64,000 nt of DNA, taken from NCBI GenBank assembly GCA_046090895.1, contig JBJTAS010000023.1, positions 6,914-70,913 on the forward strand, given 5' to 3'. Positions 1-11,400 of the stretch are shown piece by piece; positions within the stretch are counted from its first letter, which is position 1; every line of letters starts with the position of its first letter. Under the pieces are notes generated by a model that worked only from the letters and a program-made list of their open reading frames with translations, searched no databases and was not told where the DNA came from. The translations under genes were made by a program, and so were the position numbers. This DNA is from Oxalobacteraceae bacterium. GTDB taxonomy: Bacteria; Pseudomonadota; Gammaproteobacteria; Burkholderiales; Burkholderiaceae_D.

Positions 1-229
1 GTCAGCGCGGCTAAGCCCAGCCAAGGCAGCAATTGCCGGAATTCCGGAACGGGAGCAGAGGCCATGGGCGCAGATGAAGAAGGGGTTTTGGTAAAATAGG
101 GCGCTGAGTTACTGATCCGATCGAATGCCGCTTGCGCCTTGGCGCCAACCGCAGCGTCTCCGTCAGTCTTTGATAAGCGCCTGGTCATAGGGACCAGCGC
201 ATTCTACCGTTTCCGCCGCCATTCCTGAC

Positions 230-1273
230 ATGTCTTTGACCTCCGGTGTTTCCCTTTCCTATCGCGACGCAGGCGTCGACATCGATGCGGGCGATGCGCT
301 CGTAGAGGCCATCAAGCCTTTTGCCAAACGCACCCTGCGCGAGGGCGTGCTCGCGGGTATCGGCGGTTTCGGCGCGCTGTTTGAAGTCAGCAAGAAATTT
401 CGCGAGCCGGTTCTGGTATCTGGCACGGATGGCGTGGGCACCAAGCTCAGGCTGGCGTTCCATCTGAACCGTCACGACACGGTCGGTATCGATCTGGTGG
501 CGATGAGCGTGAACGACATTCTGGTGCAGGGCGCGGAGCCTTTGTTCTTCCTCGATTACTTCGCGTGCGGCCGACTCGATGTTGCCACCGCCACGGATGT
601 GATCAAGGGCATCGCAGCTGGCTGCGAAATGGCCGGGTGTGCGTTGATCGGTGGCGAAACCGCTGAGATGCCCAGCATGTACCCGGACGGTGAATACGAC
701 CTCGCCGGTTTTGCAGTCGGTGCGGTTGAGAAGTCGAAGATCATCGATGGCAAGAAAATCAGCCCGGGCGATGTTGTGCTCGGTCTGGCATCCTCCGGTG
801 CGCACTCGAATGGTTATTCCCTGGTACGCAAGATCATTGAGGTGGCCAAACCCGACTTGCATGCAGATTTTCATGGACGCCCACTGGCCGAGGCCCTGCT
901 GGCGCCGACACGCATCTATGTCAAGCCGCTACTGGCGCTGATGGAAAAGATCGACGTCCATGGCATGGTGCACATTACTGGCGGCGGGCTGGTTGAAAAC
1001 ATTCCTCGCGTGCTGCCACCGAATCTGACGGCCGTTTTGCATCGCGATGCCTGGACGCTCCCGCCTTTGTTTCAGTGGCTGCAGCAGCAGGGGGGTGTCG
1101 CCGATGCAGAGATGCATCGTGTATTCAATTGCGGTATGGGTATGGCAGTCATCGTCGCGGCGGAGCTCGCCGATCGGGCACAGGCTGAACTCACTCGCCT
1201 GGGTGAGACGGTCTACCGTCTGGGAGAGATTCGCGAGCGTCAGGGTGAAGAGGCACAGACACTGGTGATTTGA
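230..1273 (+). CDS. purM: Phosphoribosylformylglycinamidine cyclo-ligase (AIR synthase)
   Basis: [33 protein letters not shown] and FNCGMG motifs. Confidence 0.97.
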   Translation: MSLTSGVSLSYRDAGVDIDAGDALVEAIKPFAKRTLREGVLAGIGGFGALFEVSKKFREPVLVSGTDGVGTKLRLAFHLNRHDTVGIDLVAMSVNDILVQGAEPLFFLDYFACGRLDVATATDVIKGIAAGCEMAGCALIGGETAEMPSMYPDGEYDLAGFAVGAVEKSKIIDGKKISPGDVVLGLASSGAHSNGYSLVRKIIEVAKPDLHADFHGRPLAEALLAPTRIYVKPLLALMEKIDVHGMVHITGGGLVENIPRVLPPNLTAVLHRDAWTLPPLFQWLQQQGGVADAEMHRVFNCGMGMAVIVAAELADRAQAELTRLGETVYRLGEIRERQGEEAQTLVI

Positions 1274-1301
1274 TTCGGTACGCCAAACGATCGCCTCAAT
1301 A

Positions 1302-2180
1302 TCAATACTGCGCCTTGCGCGATTCATTCTCTGCCAGCGTCTGCATCGGCGCTGCCTGCAGTCCCGGATGAGCAACGGTCGTCGGCGGAAGGATACGCAC
1401 CGGCTGACTGCGATTTCCCTCACTGGATAAGACATTCGTCGTCATCTCAGGCGCCGCATTCCACACCGGGTTATCAATGCTCTCGAATACAGATCTCAGC
1501 TGCCTTCCCCAGGTACTGCGTATCATCTGAAAATACTGATTGCTCTCATTGATACTCGCAAAGTGACTCACGCCGAGAGAGTCCTGCTCGTACACCATCA
1601 GATCCAGCGGAAAGCCGACCGAGATATTCGAGCGTAGCGTGGAATCCATCGAAATCAGCGCGCATTTGGCGGCCTCATCCAACGGCGTCGCCGGTGTGAT
1701 CACGCGGTCGATGATGGGCTTGCCATACTTGGCCTCTCCGATCTGAAAGTAAGGATTCTCATCGTGTGATTCAATGAAATTACCGGCCGAGTACATCTGA
1801 AACAACCGGCATCGCTCACCGCGGATCTGGCCGCCAAAGATCAGACTGACATTGAAGTCAATACCGAACTGCTCCAGTGATTTGGCGTCTCGCTGATAGA
1901 CAGCGCGAATCGACTCCCCCACGATTTGGGCTGCTTCCACCATCGACGAGGCCGTCCATATGCTGGCGCCATCCGGCGACAGATACTCACTGACCATCTG
2001 CCGTATCGATTGTGAGATCGCAAGATTACCGGCGGTCATCATCACCATGATTCGATCACCCGGATTATCAAATACGCTCATCTTGCGGAAGGTACCGATA
2101 TGATCGACGCCCGCATTGGTACGCGAATCGGAAAGAAAGACTAGCCCGGCATTCAGGCGCATGGCGACACAGTAGGTCAT
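1302..2180 (-). CDS. Proteasome-type (Anbu, COG3484) Ntn peptidase
   Basis: Starts MTYCVAMRLNAGLVFLSDSRTNAGVD (Thr1 after Met removal); QIGEAKYGKPI and SMDSTLRSNISVG; downstream of ATP-grasp/alpha-E genes. Start moved to ATG at 2180. Confidence 0.92.
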   Translation of the reverse strand: MTYCVAMRLNAGLVFLSDSRTNAGVDHIGTFRKMSVFDNPGDRIMVMMTAGNLAISQSIRQMVSEYLSPDGASIWTASSMVEAAQIVGESIRAVYQRDAKSLEQFGIDFNVSLIFGGQIRGERCRLFQMYSAGNFIESHDENPYFQIGEAKYGKPIIDRVITPATPLDEAAKCALISMDSTLRSNISVGFPLDLMVYEQDSLGVSHFASINESNQYFQMIRSTWGRQLRSVFESIDNPVWNAAPEMTTNVLSSEGNRSQPVRILPPTTVAHPGLQAAPMQTLAENESRKAQY

Positions 2181-2193
2181 GATGCGTAGTCGC

Positions 2194-3138
2194 TCAGGCT
2201 GCCAGTGGCAGTAAAAAATCACGGCTGACCCGATTACCCAGCTCGTACACATGCTCGAGGAATTCGGTCAGATAATCATGCAGCCCGCGCCTCAGAATGT
2301 CTTCCATGCTGTTGAACTTCAGGTCAGCGTGCAGGCGGCCGGCAAAACGTTCGGTCTCGCTCGAGACATCATTGCGCACTTGGGCGAGATTATTCACCAC
2401 TTCACTCATGCAGGCGATCAGCGAGCGGGGCATATCGCCCCGCAAAATCAGCAGCTCTGCCACCCGCTCTGGGGTGATCACATCGCGATACGCTTTACGA
2501 TAGGTCTCGAATGCCGAGACCGACCGCAACACGGCGGCCCAGTGATAGAAATCTGTATCAGCCGTCGACAGCAGCTCGCGATCGGTCTGATGAAACTTGA
2601 TATCCAGCAGCCGGGCGGTGTTATCGGCGCGCTCCAAGAAGGTGCCAAGGCGGATGAAATAGAAGGCCTCATCCTTGAGCATGGTGCCAATCGTCACGCC
2701 ACGCGAGAGGTGAGAGCGATGCTTGACCCATTCAAAGAACTCGCCGGGATAACGCTCGAGCAGCCCGTCGCGGAGCAGGGTGTTCATCTCCAGCCAGGTG
2801 GTGTTGTGTGTTTCCCAGACCTCGGTGGTCAGTGTGCCTCGCACTGCACGGGCATTTTCGCGCGCTTGTGTCAGGCAGGAGGCAATGGAGGAGGGATTAT
2901 CGGGGTCACGCACCATGAAATCCAGCACATCCTTGCGCGACAGCAGGCCATATTTTGTGTCAAAGACCGGCTGCAGTTCCGAAATGCCCAATACGGCGCG
3001 CCAGCTCTGCTCGGCGGATTCGGCAGACTGCGGCAGTAGTTGCGTCTGTATGTTCACATCCAGCATGCGGGCCGTATTTTCGGCGCGCTCGGTGTAACGA
3101 GCCATCCAGAACAGATGATCAGCAGTGCGGCTCAGCAT
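2194..3138 (-). CDS. Alpha-E domain protein (COG2307)
   Basis: MLSRTADHLFWMARYTERAENTAR and GTFLERADNTAR repeated ER motifs. Confidence 0.92.
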   Translation of the reverse strand: MLSRTADHLFWMARYTERAENTARMLDVNIQTQLLPQSAESAEQSWRAVLGISELQPVFDTKYGLLSRKDVLDFMVRDPDNPSSIASCLTQARENARAVRGTLTTEVWETHNTTWLEMNTLLRDGLLERYPGEFFEWVKHRSHLSRGVTIGTMLKDEAFYFIRLGTFLERADNTARLLDIKFHQTDRELLSTADTDFYHWAAVLRSVSAFETYRKAYRDVITPERVAELLILRGDMPRSLIACMSEVVNNLAQVRNDVSSETERFAGRLHADLKFNSMEDILRRGLHDYLTEFLEHVYELGNRVSRDFLLPLAA

Positions 3139-3187
3139 ACCGCGTCCTCCGAATTCAGTGGTGTGATGTGAAGCGAGTTTAAGCATG

Positions 3188-4603
3188 TCATTTCTCCAGA
3201 ACCCAGGTATCTTTGGTGCCGCCCCCTTGCGACGAGTTGACGACCAGCGATCCTTCCTTCAGTGCGACGCGTGTCAGGCCGCCGGGCACCATGCTCACGG
3301 TCTTGCCTGATAAAACAAAGGGCCGAAGATCGATGTGGCGCGGTGCGATCCCTGATTCCACGAAGGTCGGACAAGCCGACAGTGCCAGCGTCGGTTGGGC
3401 GATATAGCCCTCCGGTTTTGCGATCACGCGCTGGCGGAAATCCTCGATCTCTGACTGTGTCGATGCGGGGCCGACCAGCATGCCGTAGCCACCGGCGCCA
3501 TGCACTTCTTTTACTACCAGCTCCGGCAAATGGTCGAGCGTGTATTGCAGATCTTCTATCTTGCGGCACTGGTAGGTGGGGACGTTGTTCAAGATGGGCT
3601 CTTCTGACAAATAGAAGCGGATCATGTCCGGCACATATGGGTAGATGGACTTGTCGTCCGCCACGCCGGTTCCGATGGCATTCGAGAGCGTGACGCGACC
3701 GGCGCGGTACACAGACAGCAGCCCGGGAACGCCCAGTGAAGAGTCCGCGCGGAATGCCTGCGGGTCAAGAAAATCATCATCAATACGACGATAGATCACA
3801 TCGACGCGCTGTGGTCCCCGTGTCGTGCGCATATAGACATGATCATCCATCACGAACAAATCCTGGCCTTCGACCAGCTCTACGCCCATTTGCTGTGCGA
3901 GGAAGGCATGTTCGAAATACGCGGAGTTATACATACCCGGTGTCATGACGACGACGGTGGGATCATCGACCCCGGTCGGCGCAACTGAGCGCAGCATGTC
4001 GAGCAGCAGATCCGGGTAGTGCGCAACAGGTGCAATCTTGTGACGCGCGAACAGCTCGGGAAACAAGCGCATCATCATCTTGCGATCCTCCAGCATGTAA
4101 GACACGCCAGAGGGCACCCGCAGGTTATCTTCCAGGACATAAAACTCGCCTTCGCCAGCGCGCACGATATCAACACCTGCGATGTGCGCGTATACCTCAG
4201 CGGCGACAGCGATGCCCTTCATCTCCGGGCGGTACTGAGCGTTATTGATGATTTGTTCGGCCGGTATCACGCCAGCTTTCACGATATGCTGGTCGTGATA
4301 AATATCCTGAATGAAAAGATTCAGCGCTTGCACGCGTTGCTTCAGGCCGTGCTGTAACTGCGACCACTCGGCTGCGGGAATGATGCGCGGGACGATATCG
4401 AAAGGTATCAGCCGCTCAGTACCGGCATCGCTGCCGTAGACAGCAAAAGTGATACCGACGCGACGAAAGATCAGGTCGGCCTCGAGCCGCTTTCTGTCCA
4501 AGACCTCGGCAGCTTGCTCGGAGAGCCAGCGCTCGAACTCTCGGTAATGAGGACGGACCCGGATACCGTCGTCCTCAAGCATTTCATTGAAAAAGCTGGC
4601 CAT
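3188..4603 (-). CDS. Circularly permuted type 2 ATP-grasp protein (COG2308)
   Basis: VLEDNLRVPSGVSY, NSAYFEHAFLA, VVNSSQGGGTKDTWVL. Confidence 0.93.
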   Translation of the reverse strand: MASFFNEMLEDDGIRVRPHYREFERWLSEQAAEVLDRKRLEADLIFRRVGITFAVYGSDAGTERLIPFDIVPRIIPAAEWSQLQHGLKQRVQALNLFIQDIYHDQHIVKAGVIPAEQIINNAQYRPEMKGIAVAAEVYAHIAGVDIVRAGEGEFYVLEDNLRVPSGVSYMLEDRKMMMRLFPELFARHKIAPVAHYPDLLLDMLRSVAPTGVDDPTVVVMTPGMYNSAYFEHAFLAQQMGVELVEGQDLFVMDDHVYMRTTRGPQRVDVIYRRIDDDFLDPQAFRADSSLGVPGLLSVYRAGRVTLSNAIGTGVADDKSIYPYVPDMIRFYLSEEPILNNVPTYQCRKIEDLQYTLDHLPELVVKEVHGAGGYGMLVGPASTQSEIEDFRQRVIAKPEGYIAQPTLALSACPTFVESGIAPRHIDLRPFVLSGKTVSMVPGGLTRVALKEGSLVVNSSQGGGTKDTWVLEK

Positions 4604-4686
4604 CGCCACGCCACCCTGTTGATAGACATGTACTTGTCGGTCATCTCACCAATCAAGAAACATGCCAGGACAACAAATCAGGCGTT

Positions 4687-6723
4687 TCAGGGGCTGCGTA
4701 GCCGGTCAACCAGTGCTTTTTCTTGGTCAGTCGGTGGTTCAGTTAACAGAGAGACGATGATCATGGCGGCAAACGCCGCGGGAACGCCGAAGATACCTGC
4801 CGACGCTGGCGCCATGTGAAACCATTGCTGGCCGCTGTCGCCGCCAAAGCTGGGACTGGTCTGCACCAAATAGATGAGGCAGACGAAAAATCCGGTCAGC
4901 ATGCCGGCAATTGCTCCCTGCTGGTTCGCACGTTTCCAAAAAATGCCCAAAACCAGTGCGGGGAATAGCGTTGATGCCGCTAGCGAGAAAGCAGCGCTCA
5001 CCAGGGACAGAATGTCTCCGGAGCGGAAAGATGCTGTATAGGCGGCCAGTAACGCGACGACCATCAATAGCAATTTTGAAATCGTCACTTGCCGCTGGCT
5101 GGAGGCCGAGGGGTTCACCATCCGGTAGTACGTGTCGTGCGAGAGCGCGCTGGAAATCGTCAGTAGCAGACCATCGGCGGTGGACAGCGCAGCGGCGAGC
5201 GCGCCCGCTGCAATCAATGCCGAGATCACATACGGCAGACCGGCGATTTCTGGTGCGGCCAGCGCGATCATGTCACCGTCCAGCGCAATTTCAGCAAGCT
5301 GCACCAGGCCATCCCGGTTGATATCGGTGATCGTGATCATGGGCTTGGTCTTGTCAATGTTGGCCCAGTAATTGACCCAGCCCGGCAGGTGCGCATAGTC
5401 GGTGCCCACCAGACTGCTGTAGATCTCGAACTTGACCAACACAGCCATCGCGGGCAGCGCGGTGTACAGCAGCATGATGAAGAACAGCGCCCAGAATACC
5501 GAACGCCTTGCCTCGGGTACGGAGGTCGTTGTGTAAGAGCGCATCAGCACGTGAGGCAGCGCCGCCGTGCCCATCATCAGGCAAAACATCAGCGCAATGA
5601 AATTATTACGCTTGATATCTGAGCTTTGCGCATCTTCGCCGGGGAAGGGCTGGGTGTGTGACTGCAGGGGTTGTGAGCGTGCGATATAGCTTTGCACTTC
5701 CTGCTGCCATAGTCGCTTTGCTTCTTCCGGGCTTTTGGGGTAATCCGCCAGCGCGCGGCTGGCAGCCTTGATATCGATGAGCGATGCATTACTCGTCTGC
5801 AGTTCCTGGAGGTGACGGCGCGCCTCGGCCCGGCCCTCATCCCAGGACTGCGGCAGTCGCGCAATCTTTGACTGATATTGCGCTGCACGCTGTCGATAGA
5901 GATCGTGCACTTCACGCTCACTGCTGTCGTCGGCAAGGATGTACTCTTGCGCGGTCAGTTTGGCGACCGCAGAGCCATAAGCAATTTGCGGTACGGGCAC
6001 ACCGGTTTGTTTGGCGGACAGCCAGGCAACCGGAATAGTGAACGCAACGATGATGATGATGTACTGAGCAATCTGCGTCCAGGTGATCGCTCGCATTCCT
6101 CCCAAAAATGAGCAGACCAGGATGCTTGCCAGACCCAGAAAGATACCGACCGAGAAATCGATGCCCGTGAAGCGCGAGGTGATCAGACCGACGCCGTAGA
6201 TCTGCGCGACGACATAGGTGAAGGAGATAATCAAGGTGGCGGCCACCGACAGCATCCGCACCGCGTTGCCATTGCCGTGTCCGCAAAAGCGCGCCGCCAG
6301 ATAATCCGGAACGGTGTAGCCACCAAACTTGCGCAGGTAAGGTGCAATCAGTAACGCGACCAGACAATAGCCACCGGTCCAGCCCATGATGTACGCCAAT
6401 CCGTCGAAACCCTGGAGATACAAACCACCAGCGAGTCCGATGAAGCTGGCTGTGGATATCCAATCGGCCGCCGTTGCCATGCCATTGAACAGCGCAGGGA
6501 CACGCCGCCCGGCGACGTAGTATTCACTGATGTCCGAGGTGCGGCTGATGACGCCGATCGCGGCATAGACGACGATCGAGGTAAACAAAAAAAGATAGCC
6601 TAGCCAGAAGCGCGGAAAGCCTTCCTGCTCGAGTATGGCCAGTGATACCAGCAATACACCAAAACCTGCGGTGTACATGCTGAAGTAGCGACTCAACAGC
6701 CGCGCGAAGTCAGTCGGCTTCAT
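4687..6723 (-). CDS. Sodium:solute symporter, ActP/VC_2705-like
   Basis: YYVAGRRVPALFNGMATAADWIS, GTAALPHVLMR, AAALSTADGLLL; many TM helices and a large soluble insert; start uncertain (6723 or 6756). Confidence 0.88.
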   Translation of the reverse strand: MKPTDFARLLSRYFSMYTAGFGVLLVSLAILEQEGFPRFWLGYLFLFTSIVVYAAIGVISRTSDISEYYVAGRRVPALFNGMATAADWISTASFIGLAGGLYLQGFDGLAYIMGWTGGYCLVALLIAPYLRKFGGYTVPDYLAARFCGHGNGNAVRMLSVAATLIISFTYVVAQIYGVGLITSRFTGIDFSVGIFLGLASILVCSFLGGMRAITWTQIAQYIIIIVAFTIPVAWLSAKQTGVPVPQIAYGSAVAKLTAQEYILADDSSEREVHDLYRQRAAQYQSKIARLPQSWDEGRAEARRHLQELQTSNASLIDIKAASRALADYPKSPEEAKRLWQQEVQSYIARSQPLQSHTQPFPGEDAQSSDIKRNNFIALMFCLMMGTAALPHVLMRSYTTTSVPEARRSVFWALFFIMLLYTALPAMAVLVKFEIYSSLVGTDYAHLPGWVNYWANIDKTKPMITITDINRDGLVQLAEIALDGDMIALAAPEIAGLPYVISALIAAGALAAALSTADGLLLTISSALSHDTYYRMVNPSASSQRQVTISKLLLMVVALLAAYTASFRSGDILSLVSAAFSLAASTLFPALVLGIFWKRANQQGAIAGMLTGFFVCLIYLVQTSPSFGGDSGQQWFHMAPASAGIFGVPAAFAAMIIVSLLTEPPTDQEKALVDRLRSP

Positions 6724-7015
6724 GTCCGTCGCTACGGCTTGCGGTTGCAGACACATCGCTTTCCATCCGATTCACCCAGCGTGTGTAGAGGCCAATGATC
6801 AGCAGATAAATTAGTGTCGTACCCTGAGCCGCCATGTAAAAGGGTATGGGCCAGCCACCGAGGGTCAGACTGGCGAGCTCGCGCGCGAAAAAGATCACGC
6901 CGAGATTGACCGTAAACCACAAGCACAGTAGTCCAACGGTCAGAGCGCGGACCCGAGACCAATATCGGCATCTGGCGGCGCTGGCTGAGCGTGTGTCGGT
7001 GAGGGGCGCGTCCAT
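6710..7015 (-). CDS. DUF4212 small membrane protein (symporter partner)
   Basis: C-terminal part of ORF 6710..7333: YW...LWFTV...GWPIPFYMAAQG; sits directly upstream of the symporter. Confidence 0.8.
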   Translation of the reverse strand: MDAPLTDTRSASAARCRYWSRVRALTVGLLCLWFTVNLGVIFFARELASLTLGGWPIPFYMAAQGTTLIYLLIIGLYTRWVNRMESDVSATASRSDGHEAD

Positions 7016-7034
7016 TGGACTGGTCTGGTCGGTG

Positions 7035-8513
7035 TCAGCGAGTCGAGAGCAGCGGGATGCTGATCCTGAACAGGCAGCCTTTACCACGCGGGTTGTCGTC
7101 AATGCGGATGCTGCCCGAGTGGTAAGAGACAATCTCCTTGACGATGGCGAGTCCCAGGCCGCTGCCCTCGGTCTCGCTACCGAGTATTCGGTAGAAACGG
7201 TCAAAGACATGCGCGCGTTCCGGCGCAGGTATGCCGGGGCCATCATCGTCGACCTCGATGAGCGCCTGCCCACCTGCTCTGTTGCACACACGAACCGTGA
7301 CATGGCCATTCGGTTTGGAATAGCGAAGCGCATTATCGATCAGGTTGTTCAGCATCTCGCGCAGCATGGTCGGATTTCCGTGTACCACGGGCGCCGGTTC
7401 GTCAGCTTCAAAGCCCAGATCAGTGCGCTGCGACATCGCTGTCTGAACCCACTCTTGCACGGTATCGCGCGCCAGCGTCTTGAGGTCCACCCTGTCAAAG
7501 GGCATCGATTGTGCTGAGGGATTCTCCGCACGTGCCAGTGCCAGCAGCTGATTGATCATGCGTGTCGCAGATTGCGAGCTGGTCGACAGTTGTTCGAGCG
7601 ATCGTTGTATTTCCTGTCGGTCTGATTGTCGCATCGCCAGTTCAGATTGCATGCGCATGCCAGCCAGCGGCGTTTTCATCTGGTGAGCGGCGTCCGCAAT
7701 AAAGCGCTTTTGCAGTTGTATGCTGTGTGACAGCCGCGCGAGCATGTCATTTAACGAGCGCACTAGCGGCGAGATCTCTTCCGGTACGCCACTGGAATCG
7801 ATCGGCGACAAATCATCCGGTCGCCGCGAGCGTATGCGCGCTTGCAGCGTGGTCAGCGGCGACAGTCCACGCGTCAATGCGAACCACAGCAGCGTCAGCG
7901 CCACCGGGAGCATGATGAACTCCGGCAGGATCACTCCCTTGATGATTTGGTTCGCGAGCGCGCGGCGTTTTTCCAGTGTCTCCGCGACTTGCACCAGTGC
8001 CAGCCGGTTGGGCTTATCGCTGGCGTTCGGACTGTGCAGCGGCTGAAGATTGACGTAGAGATAGGCCACACGGACTTCGGTATTGCGCAACAGTGCATCG
8101 CGTGTCATCACCGACCAGGGAACCGGCGTGTCTTCCTCGGTCGGCAGCGGCAGGTCAGCGTCACCGGCGACCAGTTCGCGCTGCGGACCGCTGATCTGGA
8201 AATACACATTGTCGATGTCATCGGCACGCAGCATGTCGCGCGCCGGTATGGGCAGATCCACGCTGAGCTCGCCCTGCATCTCTCTGACTTGCTGGCCGAG
8301 CACGGTGACGCGGTCCTCGAGGGATCGGTCGAAGGGCTCGTTGGCAATGGAGGTCGCGGCGACATAGGTGATGCCAATGCTGATCGGCCACAACAGTAGC
8401 AGCGGCATTAGCATCCAGTCGAGAATGTCGCCAAACAGAGAGCGCTGACTGCTCTGGGGCGCAGGAGGGGTCTCGTCAGACGAGGAGCGTGCCGTTGGGC
8501 TATCGGTGACCAC
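7035..8513 (-). CDS. Sensor histidine kinase (TctE/QseC-like)
   Basis: Two TMs, HAMP, FIADAAHQMKTPL H-box, NLIDNA, DDGPGI, GSGLGL; start uncertain. Confidence 0.9.
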   Translation of the reverse strand: MVTDSPTARSSSDETPPAPQSSQRSLFGDILDWMLMPLLLLWPISIGITYVAATSIANEPFDRSLEDRVTVLGQQVREMQGELSVDLPIPARDMLRADDIDNVYFQISGPQRELVAGDADLPLPTEEDTPVPWSVMTRDALLRNTEVRVAYLYVNLQPLHSPNASDKPNRLALVQVAETLEKRRALANQIIKGVILPEFIMLPVALTLLWFALTRGLSPLTTLQARIRSRRPDDLSPIDSSGVPEEISPLVRSLNDMLARLSHSIQLQKRFIADAAHQMKTPLAGMRMQSELAMRQSDRQEIQRSLEQLSTSSQSATRMINQLLALARAENPSAQSMPFDRVDLKTLARDTVQEWVQTAMSQRTDLGFEADEPAPVVHGNPTMLREMLNNLIDNALRYSKPNGHVTVRVCNRAGGQALIEVDDDGPGIPAPERAHVFDRFYRILGSETEGSGLGLAIVKEIVSYHSGSIRIDDNPRGKGCLFRISIPLLSTR

Positions 8514-8521
8514 GGCGGCGA

Positions 8522-9229
8522 TCAGGCACTGCCAGCGGTGCCGGCGTCTGCAGTGGCAGCCGGGCCGAATTTTTCCAGGCAATACCCCAGCCCGCGCACC
8601 GTGGCGATACGCACGCCGCCGGTTTCGATTTTTTTGCGCAGGCGATGCACATACACTTCGATCGCGTTATTGCTGACTTCTTCGCCCCACTCGCAGAGGT
8701 GGTCAACCAGCTGTTCCTTGGACACCAGTCGTCCGCTGCGCTTGAGCAGCACTTCGAGCAGCCCCAGTTCGCGCGCGGACAGGTCGATCATGTGATCGTT
8801 CATGTACGCGATCCGACCCACCTGATCAAAGCTCAGCGGGCCGTGTTTGATGACCGTCGGGCCGCCGCCCGCGCCGCGCCGCGTCAGCGCACGCACCCGC
8901 GCTTCCAGCTCCGACAGGGCAAAGGGCTTTGCCATGAAATCATCCGCGCCCAGATCCAGGCCCTTGACCCGTTGCTCGATCGAGTCACCGGCCGTCAGGA
9001 TCAGCACCGGCACGCGCGAGTCGCGCGATCGTAACCGGCGCAGGACCTCGAGCCCAGAGAGTTTGGGCAGATCGAGATCGAGGATCAGCAGGTCGAAGTC
9101 CTGAGTGGATAGCGCGCTGTCAGCGGCCAGCCCATCGGCGACGCAGTCGGTCACATAGCCGGACTGGCGCAGCGATCGTGTCAGGCCATCGGCCAGTACG
9201 CTGTCATCTTCAGCAAGCAGGATACGCAT
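8522..9229 (-). CDS. OmpR-family response regulator (TctD-like)
   Basis: MRILLAEDD receiver, GADDFMAKPF, VYVHRLRKK...TVRGLGY winged helix. Confidence 0.93.
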   Translation of the reverse strand: MRILLAEDDSVLADGLTRSLRQSGYVTDCVADGLAADSALSTQDFDLLILDLDLPKLSGLEVLRRLRSRDSRVPVLILTAGDSIEQRVKGLDLGADDFMAKPFALSELEARVRALTRRGAGGGPTVIKHGPLSFDQVGRIAYMNDHMIDLSARELGLLEVLLKRSGRLVSKEQLVDHLCEWGEEVSNNAIEVYVHRLRKKIETGGVRIATVRGLGYCLEKFGPAATADAGTAGSA

Positions 9230-9323
9230 GCGTCTTCTGGGTAGTTTGAGTGGTTCGGGCGCTTGCGCGGCGCGGGTGAGCAGCATCATGGCGCTGCGTG
9301 CAAGCCCGTCTGGGCTGCATTAA

Positions 9324-9426
9324 GAACCTATCCCGTTAGGTCGATGGCTAGGCGGCAGTGCCGCAGACAGTACAGACGTACGGCAAGGCACTGCCAACGA
9401 CGCAAGCGGCCTAACGGGATAGGTTC
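9324..9426. mobile_element. 103-bp MITE-like element, copy 1
   Basis: 17-bp terminal inverted repeats GAACCTATCCCGTTAGG / CCTAACGGGATAGGTTC, flanked by TAA on both sides; near-identical inverted copy at 30792-30894. Confidence 0.85.
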
Positions 9427-9536
9427 TAAGTCTATTGGGTTTGAAGATTGCCAGCAACCAAGCATTTTTGGGGTGATTCTGCCAAAAGTTTCTTAAAAGA
9501 CAGCATTTGAGGATAAAAATACGCTTGCATCATCCA

Positions 9537-9552
9537 CTGTTTTTTTATACAG
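9537..9552. promoter_or_regulatory. LexA (SOS) box upstream of recA
   Basis: CTGT-TTTTTTAT-ACAG matches CTGT-N8-ACAG, about 65 bp before the recA ATG. Confidence 0.9.
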
Positions 9553-9618
9553 TACTGTTCAAGCGAGGCCGGCAACCCTGACGGCCTGATTTCCCCACCA
9601 CCGCACCGAAAGAAATCC

Positions 9619-10728
<1,110 letters not shown>

Positions 10729-10738
10729 GCCGGGCTCC

Positions 10739-11203
10739 GTGCCTGCTTCCAAACCCAGCCTGAAGGCTCGCGCGCTGCGCTATTTGGCAGCGCGCGAGCA
10801 CAGCCGTCTTGAGCTTGGACGCAAACTTCAGCGTCATGTAAGTGAGGGCGAGGATATCGATGCGCTGCTCGACTGGCTAGAGGCGCAGAAATTCCTTTCC
10901 GAATCCCGTTTTGCCGAATCGCTGGTGCATCGCCGCGCCTCCCGATTCGGTAATTCCCGTATCATGTCCGAACTACAAAGCCATGGCCTTGATGAGGCTA
11001 CCGTGTCATCGATGCGCGCCTCACTGCGTAGTGACGAAGATGAGCGCGCATGGCAGGCATGGAAAAAAAAATTTGATATGCCCCCCGACTCTGCTGATGC
11101 CAGAGCAAAGCAAATGCGTTTCCTGCAACAGCGCGGCTTCTCTACCAGCGCGATACAGTCGACAATGAAACGGATCGATCGGGGCGAGATCGGGCAAGAT
11201 TGA
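10739..11203 (+). CDS. recX: Recombination regulator RecX
   Basis: [23 protein letters not shown]; directly after recA. Confidence 0.93.
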   Translation: MPASKPSLKARALRYLAAREHSRLELGRKLQRHVSEGEDIDALLDWLEAQKFLSESRFAESLVHRRASRFGNSRIMSELQSHGLDEATVSSMRASLRSDEDERAWQAWKKKFDMPPDSADARAKQMRFLQQRGFSTSAIQSTMKRIDRGEIGQD

Positions 11204-11400
11204 CTGAGCCACAGGCACCACCAAACCGGCCGCGTGCCTGCGCCGTGAATACCCTAGCAATCAGGTTCGCAGCGGGGGTCGTGTGCTAAACTTTGGCAGC
11301 TTTGCAGCGCCGCATGAGCGGCACCAGTCGTAGAAGCTGCGACAGGCTGCACAATTCCTGACTCCGCGCATTGCCCTTGCGCCAGCGCGCCATCAGCTCT

